This document shows, piece by piece, positions 1-16,203 of a stretch of DNA of 64,000 nt. The stretch is from positions 28,289 through 92,288 of the forward strand of contig CAVQQA010000005.1 in the NCBI GenBank assembly GCA_963714935.1, in the 5' to 3' direction. Numbering within the stretch: position 1 is the stretch's first letter; each line of letters begins with the position of its first letter. The stretch comes from an uncultured Actinomycetes bacterium. GTDB taxonomy: Bacteria; Actinomycetota; Thermoleophilia; Solirubrobacterales; Solirubrobacteraceae. A model generated the notes under the pieces. The model was not told where the DNA came from, made no database searches, and worked only from the letters and a program-made list of their open reading frames with translations. A program made the position numbers and the translations under genes.

Positions 1-63
1 CATCGCCTCGGTGACGACCCGCACACCCGACTCGAGTGTGGTGATGCGGTGCTGCGGCGCCAA
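1..63 (-). CDS. M16-family (pitrilysin/PepR-like) zinc peptidase, first ~21 codons only; continues off the window
   Basis: TTG at 61-63 lies directly after the pnp stop. Translation (M)APQHRITTLESGVRVVTEAM resembles the conserved N-terminus (R-x-T-x-L-x-x-G-x-RVVTE) of M16 peptidases that commonly follow pnp. Confidence 0.4.
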   Translation of the reverse strand, partial: MAPQHRITTLESGVRVVTEAM

Positions 64-2365
<2,302 letters not shown>

Positions 2366-2473
2366 GTAATTCTGAACCTTCCTTCCGAGCCGCCTTCGGA
2401 TCCTGCGGCTCGCTTGTGCTTATTCATCTCTATATCCGAACGGCACCATCCTAGCCAGACCGCCGCGGGCCAC

Positions 2474-2974
2474 TCAGGCGAGCGACGCCAGCAGGGCGGG
2501 GTCGGGGGCGCCGGCGTGCACGGTCTCCCCGATGACCAGCGTCGGCGTCGTCGCGGCCCCCGCCCGCAGTGCGGCCCGCAGGTCACGCTCCACGCGGGCT
2601 GACGGCTCCGGCTCGCGCCGGTCGGCCTCGAAGCGCTCCACGTCGAGACCCAGGCGCTCGATGCGTTCCCACAGGTGGGGGTCGTCGATCCGCCCCTGGT
2701 CCTCATACAGCAGGTCGTGGAAGGCCCAGAAGCCCCCCTGCCGGGCGGCCGCCTCGGCCGCCACGGCCAGCGGCACCGCACGCGGATGGCGCGCCCGCAG
2801 CGCGAGGTGCCGGAAGCACGTCCGCACCGCAGCCCCGCGCAGCCGCTCCGCCGCAACGGCGCAGCGCGGACAGGTGAAGTCCGCATACACGATCACCAAC
2901 GGCGCATCAGCCTCACCGCGAACATGGTCACCCTCCCCCACCGGCGGCACCGGAGCACTGGTCAGACCGGACAC
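2474..2974 (-). CDS. DsbA-family thioredoxin-fold thiol:disulfide oxidoreductase
   Basis: Intact 166-aa ORF. It has the CPRC active-site motif in VIVYADFTCPRCA and DsbA-like downstream helices (FWAFHDLLYEDQ, TPTLVIG). Confidence 0.75.
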   Translation of the reverse strand: MSGLTSAPVPPVGEGDHVRGEADAPLVIVYADFTCPRCAVAAERLRGAAVRTCFRHLALRARHPRAVPLAVAAEAAARQGGFWAFHDLLYEDQGRIDDPHLWERIERLGLDVERFEADRREPEPSARVERDLRAALRAGAATTPTLVIGETVHAGAPDPALLASLA

Positions 2975-3060
2975 ACCCCCACATTACGAACCCAACGCGA
3001 CGCCCGTACGCACCACCCGAAACCGCGGCGGCATCCTGAGCGAGAGATCGCGGAGGCCGG

Positions 3061-3113
3061 CAAGGACGCAGGGAGCGTGGCGTGCGCCAGCACGCGAGCG
3101 ACCGAGGACGCCG
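3061..3113. repeat. 53-bp intergenic repeat, copy A (exact match to 43282-43334)
   Basis: caaggacgcagggagcgtggcgtgcgccagcacgcgagcgaccgaggacgccg is identical at both loci. It contains the hairpin GCGTGC-GCCA-GCACGC flanked by direct AGGACGC heptamers. It lies 20 nt past the peroxiredoxin stop on the minus strand. Confidence 0.9.
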
Positions 3114-3133
3114 CCCGCCGCCGCGAGATCCGC

Positions 3134-3598
3134 TCAGGAGGCCGCCGCCAGGGCGTCGAAGACCATGTTGACGCCCGGCATCACACCCGGGTGCTCGCCT
3201 TCCCAGCTCCAGTTGACGACGCCGTCGGGCCCGACGATGACGAGCGCACGGGTCGCCATCCCGCCCGGCTCGAAGTACACGCCGAAGGCGCGGGAGGTTG
3301 CGCCTTTCGGCTCGAAGTCGGACAGTTGCGGGATCGTGATGCCGAGGCTCGTCCGGAATGCCCTCTGGGAGTCGATCGCGTCGCAGGAGACGCCGTACAT
3401 CGTCGCTCCGGCGTCGGCTATGTCCGCCAGCGCCTCCTCGTAGACCTGCATCTGGTCGGTGCAGACCTCGCTGAACGCAAAGGGGTAGAAGACGAGCACG
3501 GTCGTGCGCCCGAGCAGATCGCCTTCTGTGAAGCTGCTGCCGTCATCTCGGCGAAGCGAGAACCGGGGCGCCGGCGCTCCGGCGCCGAGCACGCTCAC
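3134..3598 (-). CDS. peroxiredoxin, AhpC/TSA (AhpE/Bcp-like) family
   Basis: Intact 154-aa ORF with [33 protein letters not shown] (peroxidatic Cys context). The GTG start overlaps the rpsO stop (GTGA at 3595-3598). Confidence 0.85.
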   Translation of the reverse strand: MSVLGAGAPAPRFSLRRDDGSSFTEGDLLGRTTVLVFYPFAFSEVCTDQMQVYEEALADIADAGATMYGVSCDAIDSQRAFRTSLGITIPQLSDFEPKGATSRAFGVYFEPGGMATRALVIVGPDGVVNWSWEGEHPGVMPGVNMVFDALAAAS

Positions 3599-3867
3599 TT
3601 ACGCAGGCCGAGTTCGCGGACGAGCCCGCGATACTGCTCGAGGTCGCTGCGCTGCAGATAGTTCAGCAGCCGGCGACGGCGACCGACGAGCATCAGCAGC
3701 CCGCGACGCGAGGCGTGGTCCTTCTTGTGGGAACGCAGGTGCTCAGTGAGGTCGTTGATGCGCTGCGTGAGCAGCGCGACCTGAACGCGCGTGCTGCCGG
3801 TGGCCTGCTCACTGCCGCCGAACTGCACGACGATCTCACGGGTCTTCTCGGGTGAAAGGGTGCTCAT
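3595..3867 (-). CDS. rpsO: 30S ribosomal protein S15
   Basis: 90-aa ORF: [48 protein letters not shown]. Confidence 0.95.
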   Translation of the reverse strand: MSTLSPEKTREIVVQFGGSEQATGSTRVQVALLTQRINDLTEHLRSHKKDHASRRGLLMLVGRRRRLLNYLQRSDLEQYRGLVRELGLRK

Positions 3868-3903
3868 ATCGGGCGGTCGAGAGTAGCAGCAGGACGGCGG
3901 AGG

Positions 3904-4794
3904 TCAGCGCGCGGGAGCGGCTGTGGCCCGGGTCTCGTCGACGTCCCGGGACATCTGGTCGACGAGGGCGTCAACGCTCGCGAAGCGCTTCTCGCCGCGC
4001 AGCCGCCTGAGGAACTCGAGCCGCAGCCGCTGGTCGTAGAGGTCACCCTCGAAGTCGATCAGGTACGCCTCCACGAGTTCGCCGCGTCCGCTCTCGAACG
4101 TCGGCCTGACACCGACGTTGACGGCGGCGAGGTGCCACGCGCCGTCTGCGATTCGCGCTCGGCAGGCGTAGACGCCGTGTCCGGGAATGCAGAAGCCGTC
4201 ACGCGGCACCATGTTCGCGGTCGGGAAGCCGAGCGTACGGCCGCGCTCGTCGCCGTGCTCGACGACCCCGTCCATCACGAAGGCCTCGCCCAGCAGCGTG
4301 CCCGCGTACTCGAGCGCACCGCCGGCGACCAGCCCCCGGATGTGGCTCGAGCTGACGATCTCGGAGTCGACCTCCAGCAGCGGCACGACTCGGGTCTCGA
4401 ATCGCGGGTCGGACGAGAGCAGCGCGGCGTCCCCCTGCGCCCTTCGCCCGAAGCGGAAGTTCTCGCCCACGCTGACCCGGGTCGCGCCGAGGCGAGCGAC
4501 GAGCACCTCGTCGATGAACTCCTGAGCCGACTTCGCGGCGAACGACTCGTCGAACTCGATCACGACGAGTTCGGCGACACCCAGTGAATCGACCAGCTCT
4601 GCCTTGCGTCCGAGCGAGGTCAACAGACGCGGCTCGTGACCGGGAGCCACGACAGAGGTCGGGTGTGGATCGAAGGTCAGGACGGTGTCGGCACCGGCGA
4701 TGACCTCCCGGTGGCCGAGATGGACACCGTCGAAGGTGCCGACGGCGACGCGACGTGGACGCTGGGCGGCATCCGAGAGCAACGTGTGCTTCAC
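3904..4794 (-). CDS. ribF: bifunctional riboflavin kinase / FMN adenylyltransferase
   Basis: GTG start at 4794 (VKHTLLSD..). Motifs VAVGTFDGVHLGHREVI and GFPTAN..GVYA. The longer ORF to 5196 is a high-GC run-on. GTGA overlap with the truB stop. Confidence 0.9.
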   Translation of the reverse strand: MKHTLLSDAAQRPRRVAVGTFDGVHLGHREVIAGADTVLTFDPHPTSVVAPGHEPRLLTSLGRKAELVDSLGVAELVVIEFDESFAAKSAQEFIDEVLVARLGATRVSVGENFRFGRRAQGDAALLSSDPRFETRVVPLLEVDSEIVSSSHIRGLVAGGALEYAGTLLGEAFVMDGVVEHGDERGRTLGFPTANMVPRDGFCIPGHGVYACRARIADGAWHLAAVNVGVRPTFESGRGELVEAYLIDFEGDLYDQRLRLEFLRRLRGEKRFASVDALVDQMSRDVDETRATAAPAR

Positions 4795-5657
4795 GCCCGG
4801 AAGCCTACGAAAGGCTTGAGGGTGCCATCGGCCTGCCTGTGCGCGAGGGCGATCGGGCCGGCATCGTCGAGCAGCAGCACTGCGCCCTGCTCCGGCACGG
4901 ACTGCCGGTCGCGAGGCCGGTCGACCGGCGTGTCGGCGGGCACGGCCTGTCCGTGTGCGGCGCGGCGGGCGACGTCCCCGGCGAGCCGGGCGGTCGGGAA
5001 CCAGCCCAGCCCGTCGGCCAGCGGGATGACGCGGCCGGGGTCGCAGTCCTCGACCCGGAACGGCCCGATCCGCGTGCGCCGCAGTTCCTCGGTGTAGGCG
5101 TCGCCGAGGTCCGCCACCAGGCTGCGGACGTACGTGCCCGCCGAGCAGACGATCCGCAGCCCCGCCCGATCGCCGTCGCGCCAGAGCTGCTCGCATTCGT
5201 AGATCGTCACCTCACGCTCAGGCACGATGACCTCCTCGCCCGCTCGAGCACGCTCGTAGGCGCGGCGCCCGTCGACGTGTACGGCGCTGTGGGCCGGGGG
5301 GCGCTGGCGGATCGTTCCGGAGGGCAGCTCCAGGTCGCCTTCGGGTAGGACCCCCGTCTTCGTGATGACCCCCTCGGGGTCGCCGGTGCTGGAGATCGCC
5401 CCGAAGCGCGCGACTGCGAGGTACTCCTTGGGCAGCGCCGACACGAACTGCTGTACGCGTCGCGCGCGACCGACGAGGATCACGAGCAGGCCCGTGGCGA
5501 ACGGATCGAGCGTCCCCGCATGACCGGCCTTGCGGACGCCGAGCTCGCGACGCACGAGCGCGGTGATGTCGTGCGAGGTCTTGCCGGCCGGCTTGTCAGC
5601 CAGGAGGAAGCCGTCCAGCGGCTTCGCGGCGGCTGCGACCTTCGGCAGATCAGGCAC
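4791..5657 (-). CDS. truB: tRNA pseudouridine(55) synthase
   Basis: Intact 288-aa ORF: GFLLADKPAGKTSHD..AGHAGTLDPFATGLLVILVG (catalytic Asp motif). Confidence 0.9.
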   Translation of the reverse strand: MPDLPKVAAAAKPLDGFLLADKPAGKTSHDITALVRRELGVRKAGHAGTLDPFATGLLVILVGRARRVQQFVSALPKEYLAVARFGAISSTGDPEGVITKTGVLPEGDLELPSGTIRQRPPAHSAVHVDGRRAYERARAGEEVIVPEREVTIYECEQLWRDGDRAGLRIVCSAGTYVRSLVADLGDAYTEELRRTRIGPFRVEDCDPGRVIPLADGLGWFPTARLAGDVARRAAHGQAVPADTPVDRPRDRQSVPEQGAVLLLDDAGPIALAHRQADGTLKPFVGFRA

Positions 5658-5672
5658 GCGAGTGGTGACGGC

Positions 5673-6669
5673 TCAGAGCTGCGCGCTGACCTGCTCCTGC
5701 AGGAACGCTCTCAACTCGTCGCGGCCCATCCCCGTGGTGAAGCCCGCCGCCGCCTTGTGGCCGCCGCCCCCGGCCTCGCGTGCGATCTTCGAGACGTCGA
5801 CGACCCCGTCGCTTGAACGCAGGGACACCTTCCAGCGGCCACTTCCGTCGCTCAGTTCGCGCGCCACCGCGGCGACCTTGGTGCCCTCCACCGCTCGCAG
5901 GCGGTCGACGATGCCCTCCGTGTAGCTGTCGTCGGCTCCGGTGTCGCGGAAGTCCGCGGCACACAGCTGCGTCAATGCGAGTGCGCCGTCGGCGTGCAGC
6001 TCGGCGCCCATCAGTCCTCGGGCGACGAGGCGCAGCTTGGCCTCTGGCCAGCCCTCGTACACGCGGCGGTAGATGCCCGCCACGTCGACACCCGCGGCGA
6101 CCAGATCCGCGGCCATCAGGTGCGCGCGAGGTCCTGTGTTCTCGTAGCTGAAGCGACCGGTGTCCGTGACGAGGCCGACGTAGAGCGGCTCGGCGATCGG
6201 CCCCGTCAGCTCGATGCCCAGGCCCTTCATCAGGTCCCAGACGATCTCCGCCGTGCACGATGCGTCCTCGACGACGTGGTCGATCGTCCCGAAGCGGGTG
6301 TTGTCGTGGTGATGATCGAGGTTGACGATCCGTCGCGTCCTCACTCCTGAAGGCCTCGACCGGGTTGCGGTCGATGTTGCCGCAGTCGAGGAACACGACG
6401 GTCCGGTCGGTGACGTCGGCCGGCACATCGGCCGCAACGCCGGTCAGATCCATCCAGCGGTACTCGTAGCCGAGCGGAAACTCCTTCGGGCCCACGTACG
6501 CGACTGAGTCCTTGCCGAGATCGGTGAGCACGCGCTGCATCGCGATGAGCGAGCCGAGGGCGTCACCGTCGGGGTGCTCGTGGGTGACGAGCACGAAGCG
6601 GTCGCTGGAGCGCAGCTCGCGCAGCACGAGCTCTCGTGTCTCAAGCGCGCTCTGACTCGCCGTGCTCAT
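5673..6669 (-). CDS. nrnA: DHH/DHHA1 phosphoesterase (NrnA-like oligoribonuclease/pAp phosphatase), one frame break near 6335
   Basis: N-terminus VLVTHEHPDGDALGS. After the shift: NLDHHHDN, GLVTDTGRF and C-terminal GGGHKAAAGF. ATGA overlap with the rbfA stop. Confidence 0.8.
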
Positions 6670-7031
6670 TGCGGTGTCTCGTGTGCGGGGTCGTGGGAGA
6701 TCTCGTCGATGATCGCGTCCACCCGCGCGGCACGGCCGGCGGTCTCGTCAAGTGCGAAGGCCAGCGTCGGGGTGCGCTTGAGACGAAGCTCCTGCGCGAT
6801 GCAGCGCTGCAGGACACCGTGTGCCGAGACGAGCCCGTCGAGCGTCTCCCGGCGTTCGTGATCGTCGCCGAGCGCGCTCACGTAGACGCGCGCATGGCGC
6901 AGGTCAGGGCTGGTGTCAACGTCGGTGACGGTCACGAATCCGACCCGCGGGTCCTTGACGTTCTTGGGTATCGCGTCGGCGAGAACCTCCCTGATCGCCT
7001 CGTCGACGCGTCGCATGCGGGCTCTGCTCAT
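6666..7031 (-). CDS. rbfA: ribosome-binding factor A
   Basis: MSRARMRRVDEAIREVLADAI..DPRVGFVTVTDVDTSPDLRHARVYV. The ATG at 7031 overlaps the DUF503 stop (ATGA). Confidence 0.9.
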   Translation of the reverse strand: MSRARMRRVDEAIREVLADAIPKNVKDPRVGFVTVTDVDTSPDLRHARVYVSALGDDHERRETLDGLVSAHGVLQRCIAQELRLKRTPTLAFALDETAGRAARVDAIIDEISHDPAHETPQ

Positions 7032-7339
7032 CGTATCTCGCCCACCTCGTCGAACGACGAGAAGGTGCACTCGACGCGTACTCCGTCGGGAAAGCGGCCG
7101 TCGAGCCAGCGTTCGACGCGGTCGACAGCAGCTTCAAGTCTCGAGAGCGACCCACCGGTCAGCGCCGCGGCCAGGGTCGAGCGCTGCCAGACGTCCTGAT
7201 GGTCGACTTCCGCCACGGTGAGTCCATGGCGACCGTGCAGCTGCGCCTTGACCGATTGGAGATGTCTGCGCTTCGCCTTGAGGCTCTGCGCCTCGGGGAA
7301 GCGCAGATGCACCAGCAACAGCGCGACGTACGCGCCCAT
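7028..7339 (-). CDS. DUF503 (YlxP-like) protein
   Basis: 103-aa ORF in the canonical infB-ylxP-rbfA position: LRFPEAQSLKAKRRHLQSVKAQL. Confidence 0.8.
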   Translation of the reverse strand: MGAYVALLLVHLRFPEAQSLKAKRRHLQSVKAQLHGRHGLTVAEVDHQDVWQRSTLAAALTGGSLSRLEAAVDRVERWLDGRFPDGVRVECTFSSFDEVGEIR

Positions 7340-7345
7340 GCGCCG

Positions 7346-9994
<2,649 letters not shown>

Positions 9995-10116
9995 GAATAC
10001 CTGATTCTACGAAGTCGGCGAGAACACCGCACGCGAGGGACGCGGGGTGCGCGGACGCGTGCCGCTTCTGACTGCGCGGCTTCGGCGCCGCCTCTCGGCG
10101 GCGTCCCGCGAGCGAG

Positions 10117-11661
<1,545 letters not shown>

Positions 11662-11666
11662 GGCTG

Positions 11667-12089
11667 CTACTCCTCCACCAGGTTGGAGCGGTGGATTTCG
11701 TCGTAGGGGATCGCGATCACGCCCGAGTCGGCGGCGATCGTGACTTCACGTTCGGTCACGCCGACGAGCTCTCCGGTGAAGTTGCGCCGGCCCTCGTGCG
11801 CCTCACGAGTTCGCACGCGCGCACGCCGTCCCACGAATCGCCGGTAGTGATCGGGCTTGGTCAGCGGGCGCTGCGCCCCCGGCGATGAGACCTCGAGCGA
11901 GTAGCGCTCGCGGACCTCGGCGAGCGCGCGCGTGACGCGTTCGCACAGTTCGAGCGAGACGCCATCGGGATGGTCGATGAAGACGCGAACGGTCTCCCCC
12001 GCGGAGAGCTCTACGAGCAGCACCTCGACGCCCGGCTCGCTTTCGGCGAGTCGTGACTCGATCTGCTGCTGAAGTGTCGCTGGGTTCAT
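11667..12089 (-). CDS. rimP: ribosome maturation factor RimP
   Basis: ATG at 12089 (MNPATLQQQIE..). Motifs LLVELSAGETVRVFIDHPDGVSLE and LEVSSPG..RPL. It lies immediately upstream of nusA. Confidence 0.85.
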   Translation of the reverse strand: MNPATLQQQIESRLAESEPGVEVLLVELSAGETVRVFIDHPDGVSLELCERVTRALAEVRERYSLEVSSPGAQRPLTKPDHYRRFVGRRARVRTREAHEGRRNFTGELVGVTEREVTIAADSGVIAIPYDEIHRSNLVEE

Positions 12090-12099
12090 GTGCCCTGGA

Positions 12100-12127
12100 A
12101 ACAAAAAAAGTGGGCGAGCGCCCACTT
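12100..12127 (-). terminator. intrinsic terminator (GC stem plus U-tract) ending ~12 nt before the rimP start
   Basis: The minus strand reads GAAGUGGGCGCUCGCCCACUUUUUUUGUUUCCAGGGCAC-AUG. It has an 8-9 bp GC-rich stem followed by U7GU3, which is a striking A/T run in a 70% GC context. Confidence 0.7.
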
Positions 12128-12325
12128 CCGGAAGATCGCCGGGCCAGCCGGCGCAAACAGAAGCCTTGCCGAAACGATAGCACCGTGAACCCGCCTCGAA
12201 CACAGCCCTGCGGAGGTCCTCGGGACGCGCCTGGGCCGGTTCGTTGAGCGGTGCCGACCCGTCGGGCCGGGTTTCGGGTCGCGTGGTTGCAGGTGTCTGG
12301 CAGAGCGCCCGGCGAGCCCCGCGCG

Positions 12326-12694
12326 CTACGCCGCGCGGCGCCGTGAGCGGTCCCGGTAGCGGCGGTAGTCCGCTCGCTCGGGTCGCAGGCAGCTCGCCAG
12401 CGCCAGCGGATGACGGGCTTCGTCGTGGCGGCCGAGCAGCTGCAGCGAGCGGCCCAGGCAGAACAGCGCGTAGTCGTCGGTCGGGGCGCGCTCGACGACC
12501 GCGGCGAACTCGCTCGCCGCCTCGTCGTAGCGCTGGGCGCCGAACAGCGCGCGGCCCAGCGCCTCGCGAATCGAGGCCTTGCCCGGCTCGAGGTCGCGTG
12601 CGCGGCTGAGCGGCACGACCGCGGCGTGGCAGTCACCCGACTCGAGCAGTCGCGTGCCACTGCGGAAGAGCTCATACGCAGTGTCCATCGGCAT
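12326..12694 (-). CDS. tetratricopeptide-repeat protein
   Basis: Intact 122-aa ORF with TPR-like helices (ALGRALFGAQRYDEAASEFAAVVERAPTDDYALFCLGRSL). It is the last gene of the MoxR/DUF58/transglutaminase array. Confidence 0.65.
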   Translation of the reverse strand: MPMDTAYELFRSGTRLLESGDCHAAVVPLSRARDLEPGKASIREALGRALFGAQRYDEAASEFAAVVERAPTDDYALFCLGRSLQLLGRHDEARHPLALASCLRPERADYRRYRDRSRRRAA

Positions 12695-12757
12695 CGGAGG
12701 TTACCGGCGGCGGCAGCGTTCGCGCCCCACTCTGGACGCGCGTCCGCGGCCGCTGGG

Positions 12758-15032
12758 TCACCTGGCCGCGACACGCGTGCGGAGCGGCCGTGGCGGCATC
12801 GCCCACCATGCGCGCAGAAGGCCCGAGCGGCCCAGGCCCGAGGCGAGGTCGCGGCGCATGGCGCGGCGCTCGCGCTCGGTAGGCGGCCGTCCGGCGACCC
12901 CGAAACGCTGCGACGCGATCGCGCGCAGGTATCCGCCCGCCTCCGCGCTCAGCGCGAGCTGCCGCTCGAGCTCGGCCAGTGTGACGCCCGCGCCGACGCG
13001 ACGGCCGCTGATGCGCAGCGCCCGTTCCAGCTCCGCCAGCTCTGGAGCGACCGCCGAGCGGCGGGCGCGACCGCGACGCAGGGCGGCCACGAGGCCGAGT
13101 CCTGCGAGAGCCGACGCCACGATGCCCAGCACGGGCACCCAGAACGAGCGACCCGCGGCGTTCGCGGCCCCGCCCGCGCCCGGGTCGCTCAAGCGGTCCC
13201 CTTCTGCGCTGCGGCCGCGGCGACCGCCGGCCAGTGCGAGCTCGCGGTCGGCCGCCTGCTCGCGCGGTGGCGCGGCGGCCGGGGTCGGGTCGAAGGTGAT
13301 CCAACCGAGCCGCGGGAAGTACGCCTCGACCCACGAGTGCGCGTCGTAGTCGCGCACGACGTGCTCGCCGGTGCGCCCGTCGAGGCGTCCGGGCGTGAAG
13401 CCGACGGCCACGCGTGCGGGGATTCCGCCCATCCTCAGCAGCAGCGCCATCGCTCCCGAGAACTGCTGGCAGTACCCGCGTCGCGCGCTCGAACAGGAAG
13501 TTCTCCAGCGGGTTCTCAGCGACCGGCGGCGTCTCCGTGTAGGCAGCGCCGCGCCGGACCCTCTCCTGCACCGCCTGGACGTACTCGTAGGGCTCGTCGA
13601 CCGCTGCACGCAGGCGACGCGCCAGCGCGTAGATCCGCTCGGCACCGGTCCGGGCCAGCGCACCCTCGACGTCGAAACCGGGGATCCCGCCCGCGCCCGA
13701 GTCGACACGGTCCGCCGTGCCGCTGCCGAACGGGGCGAAGCTGACCGCCGGGCGCCTGCCCGGTTTTCCCGCGCGCGGGCGCCCGCGCTGATCGGGAATC
13801 TCGACCGAGAGCCACTGGCGCGCGTCGCTCGGGTAATCGGTCCCCGCCCTGCCCAGTTCGCCCGGGTCCGGGTCGGGCGTGTACACCTGCGCGCTGTAGA
13901 CGGTGCCGCGCCGCAGCAGGCCGCGCTCGGGCACCAGCGTCCCGCCTCCGACCCTGACGACACGCCTTGCGGACTGCAGGTCGAGTGTCTGGCCCGCGAG
14001 CACGAACTCGCGACTGCGCAGGCCCTTGAACCGGACCTCGATGCTCTGGAACCACTCCGGGTGACCGGGGTCGGTCTCGGAGTACGGCTCGAACGGACCC
14101 AGCCGCGGCGTCCGCCGCCAGACGCGACCGTCGAAGGCGTCGAGCACCTGGGCCTTCCAATAGGCCGGCGACTGGGCCTTGACGCGCAGCAGCTCGCGCC
14201 CGTCGCGCGGCCACTCCAGGGGCCCGTAGTCGTGGTCCCACTCGTAGGCCACCGTGCCGGTGTTGGCGACGTCCTCCGACAGGCGGGCGAGGTCCAGCCA
14301 CGGGGCGTCCGAATCCACGAGCGGTGAGACCGTCGCAGCGGCCAACGTGACCGTCGCGACGAAGACGGCGGCGGGTGCCATCTGAGGCAGCTCCACCCGG
14401 TCGGCGAAGAGGAACGCCGCCAGCAGAGCCGCGAAGATCGCGCCGGACAGATACGGCTGGTCGGGCGGGACCTCGATGACGGCGACGCCGAACAGCAGGG
14501 TCAGCGTCATAGCCGCCGGCACCGGCGACCTGACCCCGCCGCGCCCGGGCCAGAACGCCTGGAGCGCTGCGATCGCCGCGAGCAGCGTCCCTCCGAGCAG
14601 AACCGTCCTCTCGACCCAGGCATCTGCACCGCGGTAGGGAGAAGCGATCGCCGGCACCGCGCGCAGCCCCTCGGCGAGCCCTGCTGCGAGCTGGTCCCAG
14701 TGCTCGGGCCACAGCAGGCTGAGCGGCACGCCGGCGCTGAGAAGCGCACCGGCGAGCAGCGCGACGCAGGCGCCGAGGAGTGCGAACCGCCGCCGGTTCG
14801 CCGCATCGACGGCCGCGGCTGCCATCAGTGCGAGCGCGGCGAGCGTGACGAAGCCGGTCATCGCCCAGACCGTGCCGGTCGCTCCACGGCCGAGCAGACC
14901 GGCCCAGCCCAGCAACCCGACCAGGCAGAGCGGGACGAACGCCGCGAGGCGATTGCGCAGCCCGGCCGCGGGCAGGTTCCGCACGTGGCCCCGCGCCGCA
15001 GGCCCCGCCGCGAGCGCGGCACCCGTGCTCAC
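12758..15032 (-). CDS. transglutaminase-domain membrane protein (TgpA/DUF3488-like), one frame break near 13490
   Basis: GTG at 15032 overlaps the DUF58 stop (GTGA). A multi-TM N-terminal half is followed by the core RRGYCQQFSGAMALLLRMGGIPARVAVGF..DYDAHSWVEAYFPRLGWITFDPTP (Cys-His-Asp) in ORF 12758-13963. Confidence 0.8.
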
Positions 15033-16139
15033 GCCGGCACCTGCCGCCCGGCGGCAGACCTGGTGCCGCCCAGCAGGTATCCGCTGCAGCCCGCGACCGT
15101 GAAGCTGACCCTGCGGCCGGCGACCGCGGCCGGGCACGACGAGCACGCGCCCGGCTCCGGTCGCGCGCGTCAGCCCCCGCGGAGGCTGCGGTGAAACCCG
15201 GGCGGCGACCCACACCAGCGCGCCGCGGCGCGTACCGAGCGCCCCGAGCAGCGGACCGCGGCCATCCTCGGCGAGGGCCAGCCGCGCGTGAGCCTGAGGC
15301 CACGCCCGCAGTCCGTCGTCGACCATCAGCGGGCGCCGCTGGCCGGGAAGCAGCAGACCGCAGCCGCCTCGGCGCGCGAGATGCACGACGAGCGAGCCGG
15401 CCGCACGGACCGCTGCGTCGAGATCGGACTGCACACTCGTGCCCCGAAGGTCGAGTACGACGAGCGGGCTGGCGTCCGCGTCGGCTCGCAGCACGCGGTC
15501 GTGCAGCTCTCCGCGGCGCGCGTAGACCGGCCAGGCGATGCGCGCTGCGGTGGTTCCCGGCCGGTGCGGCCGGATGCCGTCGAGCTCGACCGCCGCCGCG
15601 AGGGCAGGACGGTTTCGCGCGCTCAACCCGCCGTCGCCGTCACCGGCACCGCGCGCGAGCACCGGTTCCAGGCGCGGAAGCACCAGGATCTCTTCGGTCG
15701 CGGAGCGCGCCTTGACCGCACAGGCGGCGAGCCCGAGGGGATCGCGCACCACGACCTCGGGCGGGGAGAGCTCACGGCGGCCGCGGCGCGCGAAGCGCGC
15801 GCGGATTCGGACGCCCGTCCTGCGACTTCCCGGAGCCAGAGGAGCGGGCGCGGTGAGGAGGTCGTCGCACAGCTCACCGGCAGGCGGCGCGAGCCTGCCC
15901 GCGCGGATCTCCACCTCGACGAGCAGCGGCTCGTCCTCGACCACGCGGCGCGCTGAGACGCGCCGCGTGACGCGTACGCCGCGGGCCGCCTGGCGAACCC
16001 AGAGCGCTGAACCGGCTCCGAGCATCAGCAGGGCGAACCCGGGCACGTAGAGCGTGGCCGCGTCTATCAGGCCGGCGACGAGGACCAGGATCGCGCCGAG
16101 GCCCGCCGTTCCCCCCGCTCCGCGCCAGCCACCGTTCAT
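15029..16139 (-). CDS. DUF58-family protein (MoxR-associated), probable frame break near 15120
   Basis: Two N-terminal TM helices and a DUF58-like motif (GIRPHRPGTTAARIAWPVYARRGEL). A +1-frame ending ..VSFTVAGCSGYLLGGTRSAAGRQVPA* gives a TGA that overlaps the GTG of the next gene. The 1155-aa run-on ORF 12672-16139 is not one protein. Confidence 0.65.
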
Positions 16140-16203
16140 CGCACCATCAGCCGCCCGGTCCGAGCCGGCAGCACCCTCCGGCTGCTCCGGCGCTCACCAT
16201 CAG

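Noticed and set aside
2387-2411. Hairpin GAGCCGC-N11-GCGGCUC between the DsbA-like gene and pnp as a terminator
   Set aside because: No U-tract follows it. It sits immediately 5' of the pnp GGAAGGAAGG ribosome-binding site, so it is more likely part of the pnp leader (for example an RNase III or autoregulation target). That is unproven and I did not list it as a feature.
12672-16139. A 1155-aa single ORF suggesting a giant DUF58-transglutaminase fusion with an Arg-rich tail
   Set aside because: The open frame is a high-GC run-on. The DUF58 C-terminus reads better in the +1 frame, ending in a TGA that overlaps a GTG start (GTGA at 15029-15032). The transglutaminase core lies in yet another frame (ORF 12758-13963). 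The last ~300 aa of the long ORF are Arg/Pro/Gly junk.
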